This document shows, piece after piece, positions 18,122-26,917 of a DNA stretch of 64,000 nucleotides. Position 1 is the stretch's first letter; the number at the start of each line of letters is the position of its first letter. Made by a program: the position numbers and the translations under genes. This DNA comes from Hyphomicrobiales bacterium (GTDB lineage Bacteria > Pseudomonadota > Alphaproteobacteria > Rhizobiales > JAJFHR01). The notes beneath the pieces are model-generated. The model did not search any database. It was given only the letters and a program-made list of their open reading frames with translations, and was not told the origin of the DNA. The stretch is from the NCBI GenBank assembly GCA_021775475.1, contig JAJFHS010000022.1, positions 18,871-82,870 on the forward strand, given 5' to 3'.

Positions 18122-20797
18122 ATGCAAAAACTCGTCTACACGTTTGGTGATGGTGTTGCCGATGGCAGCGCTGACATGCGTAATCTGTTAGGTGGCAAAG
18201 GTGCAAACCTTGCCGAGATGTGCAATCTCGGCCTGCCGGTGCCGCCGGGAATGACGATTACCACAGAAGTTTGTACCGCCTACAACGAGGCTGGTCAGAA
18301 ATACCCGCAAGGCCTTAAACAACAGGTGGATGATGCCATTGAGTACATTGGCAAGATTGTTGGCCATGTGTTTGGCGATGCTGAAAACTCGCTTCTGGTA
18401 TCCGTGCGCTCAGGCGCACGCGCTTCCATGCCCGGTATGCTCGATACGGTGTTAAACCTTGGCCTTAACGACGAAACCGTTGAAGGCTTGGCGCTAAAAT
18501 CTGGCGATCGCCGCTTTGCCTACGACAGCTACCGCCGCTTTATCCAGATGTACTCAGATGTGGTTTTAGGCATTGATCATTATGAGTTTGAAGATATTCT
18601 TGGCGGCTACAAGGATGAACTGGACAAACACCTGGATACTGATCTTGATGCCGGGGAGTGGCTTGAAGTCATAACCCGCTACAAGGCTTGCGTCGAAGAC
18701 CGTCTGGAAAAACCGTTTCCCCAGGATGTTCACGAACAATTGTGGGGTGCAATCGGTGCTGTCTTTGGCTCGTGGAACAACCAGCGCGCCAACACTTATC
18801 GCCGTTTGCATGATATCCCTGACAGTTGGGGCACCGCCGTCAACATTCAGGCCATGGTGTTTGGCAATATGGGTGACACCAGTGCCACTGGCGTCGCCTT
18901 TACCCGCAATCCCTCCACTGGCGAAAATGCGCTTTACGGCGAGTTCCTCGTCAATGCGCAAGGCGAAGATGTGGTCGCCGGTATCAGGACGCCGCAAAAC
19001 ATCACTGAAGCCGCCCGCATTGAAGCCGGTATGCCTGATCCTTCGCTGGAATTACTGATGCCTGCTACGTTCGTCGAGCTTAAAGCCATCTACGAAAAGC
19101 TTGAGGGCCATTACCGTGATATGCAGGATCTTGAGTTTACCGTGCAGGAGGGTAAACTGTGGATGCTGCAAACCCGTTCGGGCAAACGCACCACCAAAGC
19201 AGCCTTTAAAATTGCCATCGACATGGTGCATGAAGGATTGATCACCCGCGAAGAAGCCGTCATGCGCATCGATCCCGCTGCCCTTGACCAGCTTTTGCAC
19301 CCGACCCTTGATCCCAACGCGGAAAAAGAACTGATCACTGTAGGCTTGCCCGCATCTCCCGGTGCAGCGTCGGGGGAAATTGTCTTTAGTCCCGATGAAG
19401 CAGAAAAGCTCAAAGCTCAGGACGTCAAAGTTATCCTGGTGCGCACGGAAACCAGCCCTGAAGATATTCACGGTATGCATGCAGCCGAAGGTATTTTAAC
19501 CTCGCGCGGCGGCATGACCTCGCACGCTGCCGTTGTTGCGCGTGGCATGGGCAGGCCGTGTGTATCAGGCGCAGGCTCACTACACATTGATTATGAAGCC
19601 CAGACCATGTCGTCGGCCGGAGTGACTTTGAAAAAGGGCGATCTCATCACCCTTGATGGTTCCACCGGCGAAGTGATGATTGGCGAAGTTGCCACGCTAA
19701 AAGCTGAAATGTCCGGTGATTTTGGTGTCCTGATGGCCTGGGCCGATGACGCCCGCACCATGGGCGTTCGCGCCAATGCGGAGACGCCACTGGATGCGCG
19801 CACCGCGCGTGATTTTGGCGCTGAAGGCATCGGCCTCAGCCGCACCGAGCACATGTTTTTTGACGGCGACAGGATTGTCGCCATGCGTGAGATGATCCTG
19901 GCCGAAGATGCTGATGGCCGTCGCAAGGCGCTCGATAAAATCCTGCCGATGCAGCGCGCGGATTTTGTTGAGCTGTTTGAAATCATGTCAGGATTGCCAG
20001 TCACCATCCGCCTGCTTGACCCCCCGTTGAACGAATTTTTGCCCACTGGTGATGAAGAAATCAATCAGGTGGCTGAAGCCATGGGCGTGACACCCCAGCG
20101 CTTGCGCCGGCGCATCGCCGAGTTGGACGAATCCAACCCCATGTTGGGTCATCGCGGCTGCCGTCTGGCCATTTCCTATCCTGAAATTCCCGAAATGCAG
20201 GCGCGGGCAATTTTTGAAGCCGCCATTATTGCCGCAGAAAATACCGGTAAACCGGTGGTTCCCGAAGTCATGGTGCCGCTGATTACCGGCAAGGCTGAGC
20301 TGGATAATGTAACTGCGCGAATTAAGGACATCGCCGGGCAGGTAGAAAAAGAAAAAGGCGTCAAAATCGACTATCTCATCGGCACGATGATTGAGTTGCC
20401 GCGCGCCTGCCTGATGGCTGAGGAAATTGCGCAAACAGCTGAGTTTTTCTCATTCGGCACCAATGATCTCACCCAGACCACATTTGGGATTTCCCGCGAT
20501 GATGCCGGAAATTTCCTCAATGAATATACCGCTAAAGGCCTGCTGGAAGTTGATCCCTTTATCTCCATAGATGTTGACGGTGTCGGCGAACTGGTGGCCA
20601 TGGGCGTTGAGCGCGGTCGCAAAACCAGACCCGATATCAAACTGGGAATTTGCGGTGAACACGGTGGTGATCCAGCCTCGGTTAAATTCTGCCACCAGGT
20701 CGGGCTGGACTATGTGTCGTGTTCACCCTTCCGCGTCCCCATCGCGCGGCTTGCCGCCGCCCAGGCAGCCATTGCGGAACGTAAAGATGCAACCTGA
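18122..20797 (+). CDS. ppdK: Pyruvate, phosphate dikinase
   Basis: LLGGKGANLAEM, GGMTSHAAVVARG phospho-His motif, FSFGTNDLTQ, GICGEHGGDP. Confidence 0.97.
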   Translation: MQKLVYTFGDGVADGSADMRNLLGGKGANLAEMCNLGLPVPPGMTITTEVCTAYNEAGQKYPQGLKQQVDDAIEYIGKIVGHVFGDAENSLLVSVRSGARASMPGMLDTVLNLGLNDETVEGLALKSGDRRFAYDSYRRFIQMYSDVVLGIDHYEFEDILGGYKDELDKHLDTDLDAGEWLEVITRYKACVEDRLEKPFPQDVHEQLWGAIGAVFGSWNNQRANTYRRLHDIPDSWGTAVNIQAMVFGNMGDTSATGVAFTRNPSTGENALYGEFLVNAQGEDVVAGIRTPQNITEAARIEAGMPDPSLELLMPATFVELKAIYEKLEGHYRDMQDLEFTVQEGKLWMLQTRSGKRTTKAAFKIAIDMVHEGLITREEAVMRIDPAALDQLLHPTLDPNAEKELITVGLPASPGAASGEIVFSPDEAEKLKAQDVKVILVRTETSPEDIHGMHAAEGILTSRGGMTSHAAVVARGMGRPCVSGAGSLHIDYEAQTMSSAGVTLKKGDLITLDGSTGEVMIGEVATLKAEMSGDFGVLMAWADDARTMGVRANAETPLDARTARDFGAEGIGLSRTEHMFFDGDRIVAMREMILAEDADGRRKALDKILPMQRADFVELFEIMSGLPVTIRLLDPPLNEFLPTGDEEINQVAEAMGVTPQRLRRRIAELDESNPMLGHRGCRLAISYPEIPEMQARAIFEAAIIAAENTGKPVVPEVMVPLITGKAELDNVTARIKDIAGQVEKEKGVKIDYLIGTMIELPRACLMAEEIAQTAEFFSFGTNDLTQTTFGISRDDAGNFLNEYTAKGLLEVDPFISIDVDGVGELVAMGVERGRKTRPDIKLGICGEHGGDPASVKFCHQVGLDYVSCSPFRVPIARLAAAQAAIAERKDAT

Positions 20798-20859
20798 ATG
20801 CAGGACCGGGTGTTTCCTAATAGACAAGACAGGCTCAATGCGTGTCGCATTAAACCGAC

Positions 20860-20910
20860 CCCACCTCCACGTCATCCTCGGGTCAAGCCCGAGGATGACG
20901 TGGAGGTGGG
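20860..20910. repeat. Collapsed REP copy C; perfect hairpin, probable bidirectional terminator
   Basis: 23-bp perfect stem CCCACCTCCACGTCATCCTCGGG, loop TCAAG; lies between convergent ppdK and tetR. Confidence 0.88.
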
Positions 20911-20918
20911 TGTTAGCC

Positions 20919-21533
20919 TTAAGCTTTGTCGTGCTTGCCCGTGGGCGTCAGAATCAGTCTGAACACGTCAACGACATCATGCAGTTGTTTAATTTCGCCA
21001 CTGGCACGCTTGACCAGTAACGCGCCTTGCAGTGCGTCAAACAGCACCCGGGCCATCTGCACGGTGCTATCTTGAATGGCAAACTCGCCGTGTATTTTGC
21101 CACGCTCCAGCACTTTTGCCAGCCATGTCTGATGGTCATGAAAAAAACCTGCGACCATTTTCTGCATATCTGCGGGCAGGGTTGGAAACTCACCGGCCAG
21201 AGACCCCGACAGGCACACTTTATCGGGCGTATCGGCATATTGGAAATAAGGCGTGAAGTAAAACTCCAACAGGTCCCAGCAGCTGTTTTCACTGGTGCCT
21301 TCCGCTATCGCCATGGCCGCTTCAAGCCGCTGCCGGTAGCGTGTCATTATCGCCGCGCCCAGGTCTGATTTTGAGGCAAAGTGATAATGGATGCTGGCTT
21401 TCTTGATGCCGAGTGCGTCCGAGATATCCTGATAGCTGAAGCCATTGAAGCTGCGCGTCTGAATAAGGTTTTCCCCGACATCAAGAATTTTCTCCGCCGT
21501 ATCACTGCGCGGTTTTACGCATTTGTGGTCCAT
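20919..21533 (-). CDS. TetR/AcrR-family transcriptional regulator
   Basis: ILDVGENLIQTRSFNGFSYQDISDALGIKKASIHYHFASK helix-turn-helix. Confidence 0.92.
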   Translation of the reverse strand: MDHKCVKPRSDTAEKILDVGENLIQTRSFNGFSYQDISDALGIKKASIHYHFASKSDLGAAIMTRYRQRLEAAMAIAEGTSENSCWDLLEFYFTPYFQYADTPDKVCLSGSLAGEFPTLPADMQKMVAGFFHDHQTWLAKVLERGKIHGEFAIQDSTVQMARVLFDALQGALLVKRASGEIKQLHDVVDVFRLILTPTGKHDKA

Positions 21534-21601
21534 CAGTGTATTTATGTCCTGTTACCTCCTACCCGCGCCCTGTCTGGCTTTCAGTCATATCATTACTTGG
21601 A

Positions 21602-22000
21602 TCACAGCATGCCGAGAATGGAAAGAGCAAAAATCATCTGACAGACCCAGCCTGCAGCAAAGGCCAGTGTACGCAAAACCGGGATTCCGGCTGTCTGAAT
21701 AACGAAATGAGCAAGACGGGCAAAGAAATAGGCCGCAGCAGCGCCTGCCGTCAAAGTGCTCGAGACACCGACAATATTTGCCGTCAGCACCAGTGCAGCA
21801 AAGATTACAAGATTTTCCACACCGTTGCGATGGGCCGCTATAGCGCGTTCTGCCCACGCGGCCTGGGGGGCTGAATCTGGACCCGCATTGCCAAGCGTAC
21901 CCATCAAACCCCGGGCCACGATACGATTAAGCACGTAAGGCAACCAAAAAAGTGCCGTCATGAGTGTAGTTAAAGTCAGCCAGTAAAGTTCAGTTGTCAT
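21602..22000 (-). CDS. MAPEG-family membrane protein
   Basis: WAERAIAAHRNGVENL and ARLAH motifs, about four TM segments; AAGGA before ATG 22000. Confidence 0.88.
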   Translation of the reverse strand: MTTELYWLTLTTLMTALFWLPYVLNRIVARGLMGTLGNAGPDSAPQAAWAERAIAAHRNGVENLVIFAALVLTANIVGVSSTLTAGAAAAYFFARLAHFVIQTAGIPVLRTLAFAAGWVCQMIFALSILGML

Positions 22001-22038
22001 GATGTTGTTCCTTTGTAAGTTGAATTGGAAATTTCTTT

Positions 22039-22054
22039 TATCTACTAGTAGGTA
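22039..22054. promoter_or_regulatory. Palindromic operator, probably for the adjacent TetR
   Basis: TATCTACTAGTAGGTA near-perfect palindrome just downstream of a minus-strand TTGCAA -35-like hexamer. Confidence 0.6.
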
Positions 22055-22178
22055 AGATTGCAAGGGAAGTTTTTAACCCGTGCCAGCAACCTGTTGGTAG
22101 CCGGGGCCGGGCTTGCCATTGAAATTCAGAAATATTGTCAGGAAATGAGTGGATTAAGAAGGTTTAGTGACAGGTTGT

Positions 22179-22712
22179 TCAATCGCCAAACAAAGCTTCT
22201 ACCGCCGCCTGGGTTGATTCGATTGAATCTCTCGTTTTGGCAGTACCGGCTGGCATTTCGCTTGTTGCCACGTTTTCATTATGGCCATTTATGATAGCAC
22301 TGGCCTGGTCAATATGTCGCCTGAGTTCAGTGCCGAGATTTTCACTCAATCCGCCCAGATGTTCAGGTGCGCCCATTTCATAAGTTTCTTTGAGGGTTTC
22401 AATTGCATCAATTATGCATCGATCGAGAACGGTGATGATTTCATCAAAACGTTTTCTAACCAGCTCCGGCGCCTGTTGATACGCCTGTATAGCCAGGTCT
22501 TTGTCTCTGAAACCTGTTTCGGTAAAATGGCATTCGTAGGATTTGGGCTGCCACATGCAAATATCTTCAAAACACTCCGGCATGCTCGGCAACATCTCGA
22601 TAAGCATTTCTATTTCATTGAAATGGTTGAGATAATCGGTAGCCAGAAAGGTAGTTTGATTGATGTTGGTGCCCGCAAGCCTTTGCCGCAAATCCACAGC
22701 CGGATCATTCAT
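22179..22712 (-). CDS. Conserved alphaproteobacterial hypothetical protein
   Basis: NINQTTFLATDYLNHFNEIEMLIEM block; C-terminal QAAVEALF; start uncertain (22712 or 22784). Confidence 0.7.
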   Translation of the reverse strand: MNDPAVDLRQRLAGTNINQTTFLATDYLNHFNEIEMLIEMLPSMPECFEDICMWQPKSYECHFTETGFRDKDLAIQAYQQAPELVRKRFDEIITVLDRCIIDAIETLKETYEMGAPEHLGGLSENLGTELRRHIDQASAIINGHNENVATSEMPAGTAKTRDSIESTQAAVEALFGD

Positions 22713-22951
22713 TCTGTCTAATTCGTGCCCTGAATTCACCTTGAGGTCTGTCTGAGAAGGTAATGAATAATGATGCGCGGGCATTCTGATACTCTATTGT
22801 GTTTTATTGCCGGTAGAAAAAATTAGGGCGTACAGTTCATTACACGTGGACCGATAGATGTCTGATTATCCCATAGTAAAGTTTCTAAAAGTTTACTAAA
22901 ATTGCCATTGGTCACCTCTTGTGAAATCTCAACCTGAATAACAGGACAGAT

Positions 22952-23680
22952 ATGTGTGGGCGTTTTGCCATAACCACGCCGCCCGACGCCGTCAGGGCAT
23001 ATTTCGGCTATAAGGAGCAGCCAAATTTTCCACCACGCTATAACATTGCCCCGACACAGCCCATACCGATTGTCAGAATGAACGCGCTAACAAGGGAGTT
23101 TGCGCTTGTTCGCTGGGGTCTGGTGCCCCCCTGGATGAAAGAAATCAGCCCGTCAAAGCCAATGATAAATGCCCGCGCCGAAACCCTGCTGGAAAAACCG
23201 TCTTTTAAACGCGCCGCTGCCCGGCGACGCTGTCTGGTACCGATTGATGGCTATTATGAATGGAAAAGAACCAGGGGAGAAACGCCAAAACCATACTTCA
23301 TTCAGAAAAAGGACGGCGGGCTATTGGCATTGGCAGGCATCTGGGAACATTGGCAGGGCGCAGATGGCAGCGAAATCGAAAGTGCAGCACTGATCACCAC
23401 CGCAGCCAATGAAAGCCTCAGCCCCATTCATCACCGCATGCCGGCAATCCTTGATAAGGCCGCACAAGCCCGATGGCTTAACCTGACAGATGTCAGCGCT
23501 GAGGATGCATGCGAATTTCTGCAACCGGCAGACGAAAACTTGTTAATCGCCCACCGGGTGAGCCCGGCGGTCAACAAAGTTGCCAATGATGATGCACCGT
23601 TGCTGGAATCTGTGGCCGAGGATGTCGGGGAATTAAATAAAGTTGCGCGCGACGACGACAGTCAATTGTCTTTATTTTAG
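22952..23680 (+). CDS. SOS response-associated peptidase (SRAP/YedK/HMCES family)
   Basis: N-terminal MCGRF, RYNIAPTQ, INARAET, IHHRMP. Confidence 0.95.
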   Translation: MCGRFAITTPPDAVRAYFGYKEQPNFPPRYNIAPTQPIPIVRMNALTREFALVRWGLVPPWMKEISPSKPMINARAETLLEKPSFKRAAARRRCLVPIDGYYEWKRTRGETPKPYFIQKKDGGLLALAGIWEHWQGADGSEIESAALITTAANESLSPIHHRMPAILDKAAQARWLNLTDVSAEDACEFLQPADENLLIAHRVSPAVNKVANDDAPLLESVAEDVGELNKVARDDDSQLSLF

Positions 23681-24000
23681 GCACCAGGAGTTTGTTGAAA
23701 GTAGAACATCGCCATGACCGCAACAGCAATTAGAAAAGCGCCTGCCGCTGCAATCAACAATTTCCCAGGAGCCATGCGCAAAGCATAGAATGCCGACAGG
23801 ATGCCTGCTCCCAACGCTGTGGCAATGCCGGAGACAAATACTTCAGCACCGCCAGCAAACCCGCGCGACGGGGCGAGAAAGTTTGCATAGGTCCAGGCAC
23901 CGATGATAAAAGCCAAAAACATTGCTGAAGTAACAAAAATCAACCCAAGCGCCAGGTGTTTGGCTAAATCGGGCAACGGTGATTTGTCTGATGAATTCAT
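23677..24000 (-). CDS. Hypothetical membrane protein (about three TM helices)
   Basis: Hydrophobic ORF packed at the end of the sua5-oxidase-GNAT run. Confidence 0.6.
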   Translation of the reverse strand: MNSSDKSPLPDLAKHLALGLIFVTSAMFLAFIIGAWTYANFLAPSRGFAGGAEVFVSGIATALGAGILSAFYALRMAPGKLLIAAAGAFLIAVAVMAMFYFQQTPGA

Positions 24001-24002
24001 CT

Positions 24003-24443
24003 TTAATAATCCGGTTTCATTGATATATCCAGCCACTTGGCCATGACAGTGCGTTCTTCAATATCATAGCCAAGCCTCTCGTAAAACGATCTGACGGCCA
24101 CATTATCCGCCCTGATCATCAAGTTCAGCTTCCAGATGCCTTGTGCTTTGAGCCAGTCTTCGGCCGCCGCCATGATCTGTCGGCCAATGCCTTTGCCTTG
24201 AACGTCTGGATCGGCGGAGACGTAATAAACCACGCCACGATGACCATCGTGACCGACCATTACGCTGGCCACGATTTTGCCGTTATCCACACCGACGAGA
24301 ATTTCCGAACCGGGTTTTGCCCGTGCTTTTTCAATGTCGCGATGAGGGTCATTGTGCGGGCGCGTAAGCCCACAAGCATGCCACAGTTCAACCACACGTT
24401 CCAGTTCATCATCGCGCATGACGCGGATTTCAAGACTAGACAT
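24003..24443 (-). CDS. GNAT acetyltransferase (YpeA-like)
   Basis: MVGHDGHRG, QGKGIGRQIM and FYERLGY motifs. Confidence 0.9.
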   Translation of the reverse strand: MSSLEIRVMRDDELERVVELWHACGLTRPHNDPHRDIEKARAKPGSEILVGVDNGKIVASVMVGHDGHRGVVYYVSADPDVQGKGIGRQIMAAAEDWLKAQGIWKLNLMIRADNVAVRSFYERLGYDIEERTVMAKWLDISMKPDY

Positions 24444-25868
24444 TCAGAGTAACTTTCCCGGATTTAAAATATTGCTGGGATCAAACAAGTGTTTAATCGA
24501 GCGCATCATTTCCAGCTCCACAGCGCTTTTTATGTGCGCCATGTGATGCCGCTTCATGCGTCCGATACCATGTTCGGCACTGATTGTGCCACCAAGATCG
24601 AGCGTGACGTCATTGACTGCCGTGGTTATCTGCTCCCACAAATCGATAAACTTGTTAGCTGCCATGTCCACCGGTTGGGATATATTGTAATGCACGTTAC
24701 CATCACCCAGATGACCAAAAGCGCAAATTCTGGCATCAGGCACTAACGCCACAACAGCCTTATCGGCGCGCTGTAAAAATTCAGGCACGGCGGAAACCGG
24801 TACGGCAATATCGTTTTTAATACTGGCACCTTCATGTTTTTGTACTTCTGATATCAGCGTTCTGATTTGCCAGAACGCCAATCGCTGGCTTTCACTTGTT
24901 GCAACCGCTGCATCTGAAATGAGATCGCGCTCAAATGCGCGTTCCAGAACCTCAAGCAGTGTTTCATTCACCCCGCCATCTGCATCGCCTGAGGATAATT
25001 CCACCAGCAGATACCACGGGTGTTGTTGCGCCAAAGGATTGCGCACACCATCCCCGTGCTCCACCACGATTTCCATGGCAAAACGCGGTAAAAATTCAAA
25101 ACTGGTCACACCATCTGAATGTGACAACGTCATCTCCAGCACCTTCAAGGCGTCACTGATACTGTTAAGTCCAATGAGAGCAGTGGCCCGGGCTTTGGGT
25201 TTTGGGTAGAGCTTCAAAACCACAGCTGTAATAATACCCAACGTGCCTTCTGCACCAATAAAAAGGTGTTTGAGATCATAGCCGGTATTGTCTTTGCGTA
25301 GTTTTCGCAAGCCCTGCCAGACAGTGCCGTCAGCCAAAACGACCTCAAGACCGAGCACCAGATCACGGGTGGAACCATAGTGCAAAACCGCCGTGCCGCC
25401 AGCATTGGTCGACAGGTTGCCACCAATCTGGCACGAGCCTTCCGCCCCTAAACTTAAGGGAAACAGGCGATCATTGTCATCGGCCAACTGTTGAATGGTT
25501 TGCAGGATTGCGCCTGCTTCAACGGTGATCGAATTATTGCTCACATCAATGTCGCGAACCGCGTTCATGCGCCCCATCTGCACAATAATCTCAATGCCGG
25601 AATCAAAGGGAATTTGTGCACCCACCAATCCGGTATTGCCGCCCTGGGGCACGATAATGGTGCCGGTCGAGTGCGCCAGCTTGAGAATTTCAGAAACTTC
25701 CTGTGTGCTGCCGGGCCGCAATACCAAAGCGGCCTTGCCCTCATAAAGTTTGCGCTGTTCGACCAGATACGGCGCCATAGTCTCGGTATCGCTAATCGCA
25801 TTGGCAGCGCCAACAATCTCTGTAAACTGGGCAATCAGCCTGTCATCGGGGCTTGGTGTCTCACTCAT
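24444..25868 (-). CDS. FAD-binding oxidoreductase (D-2-hydroxyacid dehydrogenase/GlcD-like)
   Basis: PQGGNTGLVG, LRKDNTGYDLK, GHLGDGNVH and SAEHGIG motifs. Confidence 0.9.
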   Translation of the reverse strand: MSETPSPDDRLIAQFTEIVGAANAISDTETMAPYLVEQRKLYEGKAALVLRPGSTQEVSEILKLAHSTGTIIVPQGGNTGLVGAQIPFDSGIEIIVQMGRMNAVRDIDVSNNSITVEAGAILQTIQQLADDNDRLFPLSLGAEGSCQIGGNLSTNAGGTAVLHYGSTRDLVLGLEVVLADGTVWQGLRKLRKDNTGYDLKHLFIGAEGTLGIITAVVLKLYPKPKARATALIGLNSISDALKVLEMTLSHSDGVTSFEFLPRFAMEIVVEHGDGVRNPLAQQHPWYLLVELSSGDADGGVNETLLEVLERAFERDLISDAAVATSESQRLAFWQIRTLISEVQKHEGASIKNDIAVPVSAVPEFLQRADKAVVALVPDARICAFGHLGDGNVHYNISQPVDMAANKFIDLWEQITTAVNDVTLDLGGTISAEHGIGRMKRHHMAHIKSAVELEMMRSIKHLFDPSNILNPGKLL

Positions 25869-26851
25869 ACATTCATGTCCTGGTTGCGAGGTGCCGCCGC
25901 ACGGGTGAGGCGATCATTGATGGCCTCTCCCAGGCCCGATTGCGGGATTGGCATAACCGCAATGATATCCACGCCCAAACCATCCAGCTCATGCAGGGCC
26001 GAAAACAATCGCGCCGCTGCCTGGTTAAGATTGCCGCTTTCACTGAGATTGATCGCGGGATTGCCGGTTGCGGGCATATCAGGACCAAAACCCAAAAGCG
26101 CCTCGTTGTCCTGTGCATCCACCGCATTCAACCGTAACTGCGCCCGTGGCGCATAATGGCTGGGAAGCTGGCCGGGAGACTGGGGGGTTTTGTTGCCGTG
26201 AGCGGAGCGAATAAGCGGCTGTTCCAGTACACCTTCTATATCCTCAGCCGAAATGGCACCCGGACGCATGAGCACCGGACCAAGGCCGGAAAAACCGATA
26301 ATGGTTGATTCGAGCCCGAGATCGCAAGTGCCATCATCGACAATCAGATCAACGTTCGAACCCAGACTGTTTTCCACATGCGCCGCTGTCGTCGGGCTGA
26401 TGGTGCCCGAAAGATTGGCACTTGGAGCCGCCACCGGCACCTTCGCTAATTGCAGAATAGCCAGGGAGACCTTCGCTGCTGGTACACGCACGGCGACGGT
26501 TCTCAACCCTGCCGACACCAGTAACGAAAGACCGCAGTTTTGTTTTCGCGGCAAAACAAGCGTTAATGCACCGGGCCAGAAGTGTCGTCCAAGTTTTGCT
26601 GCCAGCGGTGAAAACTCAACATATGTCTCCATCGCTTCAAAACTGGCGCCATGCACAATCAGCGGATTAAACTGTGGCCTGCCTTTGGCGGCAAAAATAG
26701 CCGCAACGGCATCATCATTGGTGGCATCACAACCAAGCCCGTAGACAGTTTCAGTGGGAATAGCCACCAGCGCACCCTGGCGCAAAAGCTCAGCCGCGCG
26801 TGCAATCACCTGATCATCGGCAGGCATAATTTCCATAGTGTCAAAACTCAT
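25865..26851 (-). CDS. sua5: L-threonylcarbamoyladenylate synthase (Sua5/TsaC)
   Basis: PTETVYGL, KGRPQFNPLIVH, APSAN and SPGQLPSHYAP motifs; start uncertain. Confidence 0.92.
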   Translation of the reverse strand: MSFDTMEIMPADDQVIARAAELLRQGALVAIPTETVYGLGCDATNDDAVAAIFAAKGRPQFNPLIVHGASFEAMETYVEFSPLAAKLGRHFWPGALTLVLPRKQNCGLSLLVSAGLRTVAVRVPAAKVSLAILQLAKVPVAAPSANLSGTISPTTAAHVENSLGSNVDLIVDDGTCDLGLESTIIGFSGLGPVLMRPGAISAEDIEGVLEQPLIRSAHGNKTPQSPGQLPSHYAPRAQLRLNAVDAQDNEALLGFGPDMPATGNPAINLSESGNLNQAAARLFSALHELDGLGVDIIAVMPIPQSGLGEAINDRLTRAAAPRNQDMNV

Positions 26852-26917
26852 CGGTGTAATTGTCAACAGAGCGAAGTCTCTATATCATGGCAAAAAGAAT
26901 TATAGGAAACAAGCCAC

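Noticed and set aside
25491-26156. 221-aa plus-strand ORF and many similar antisense ORFs (e.g. 34356-34970, 49155-49730, 53694-54269)
   Set aside because: Shadow frames opposite well-supported genes, with no recognisable motifs
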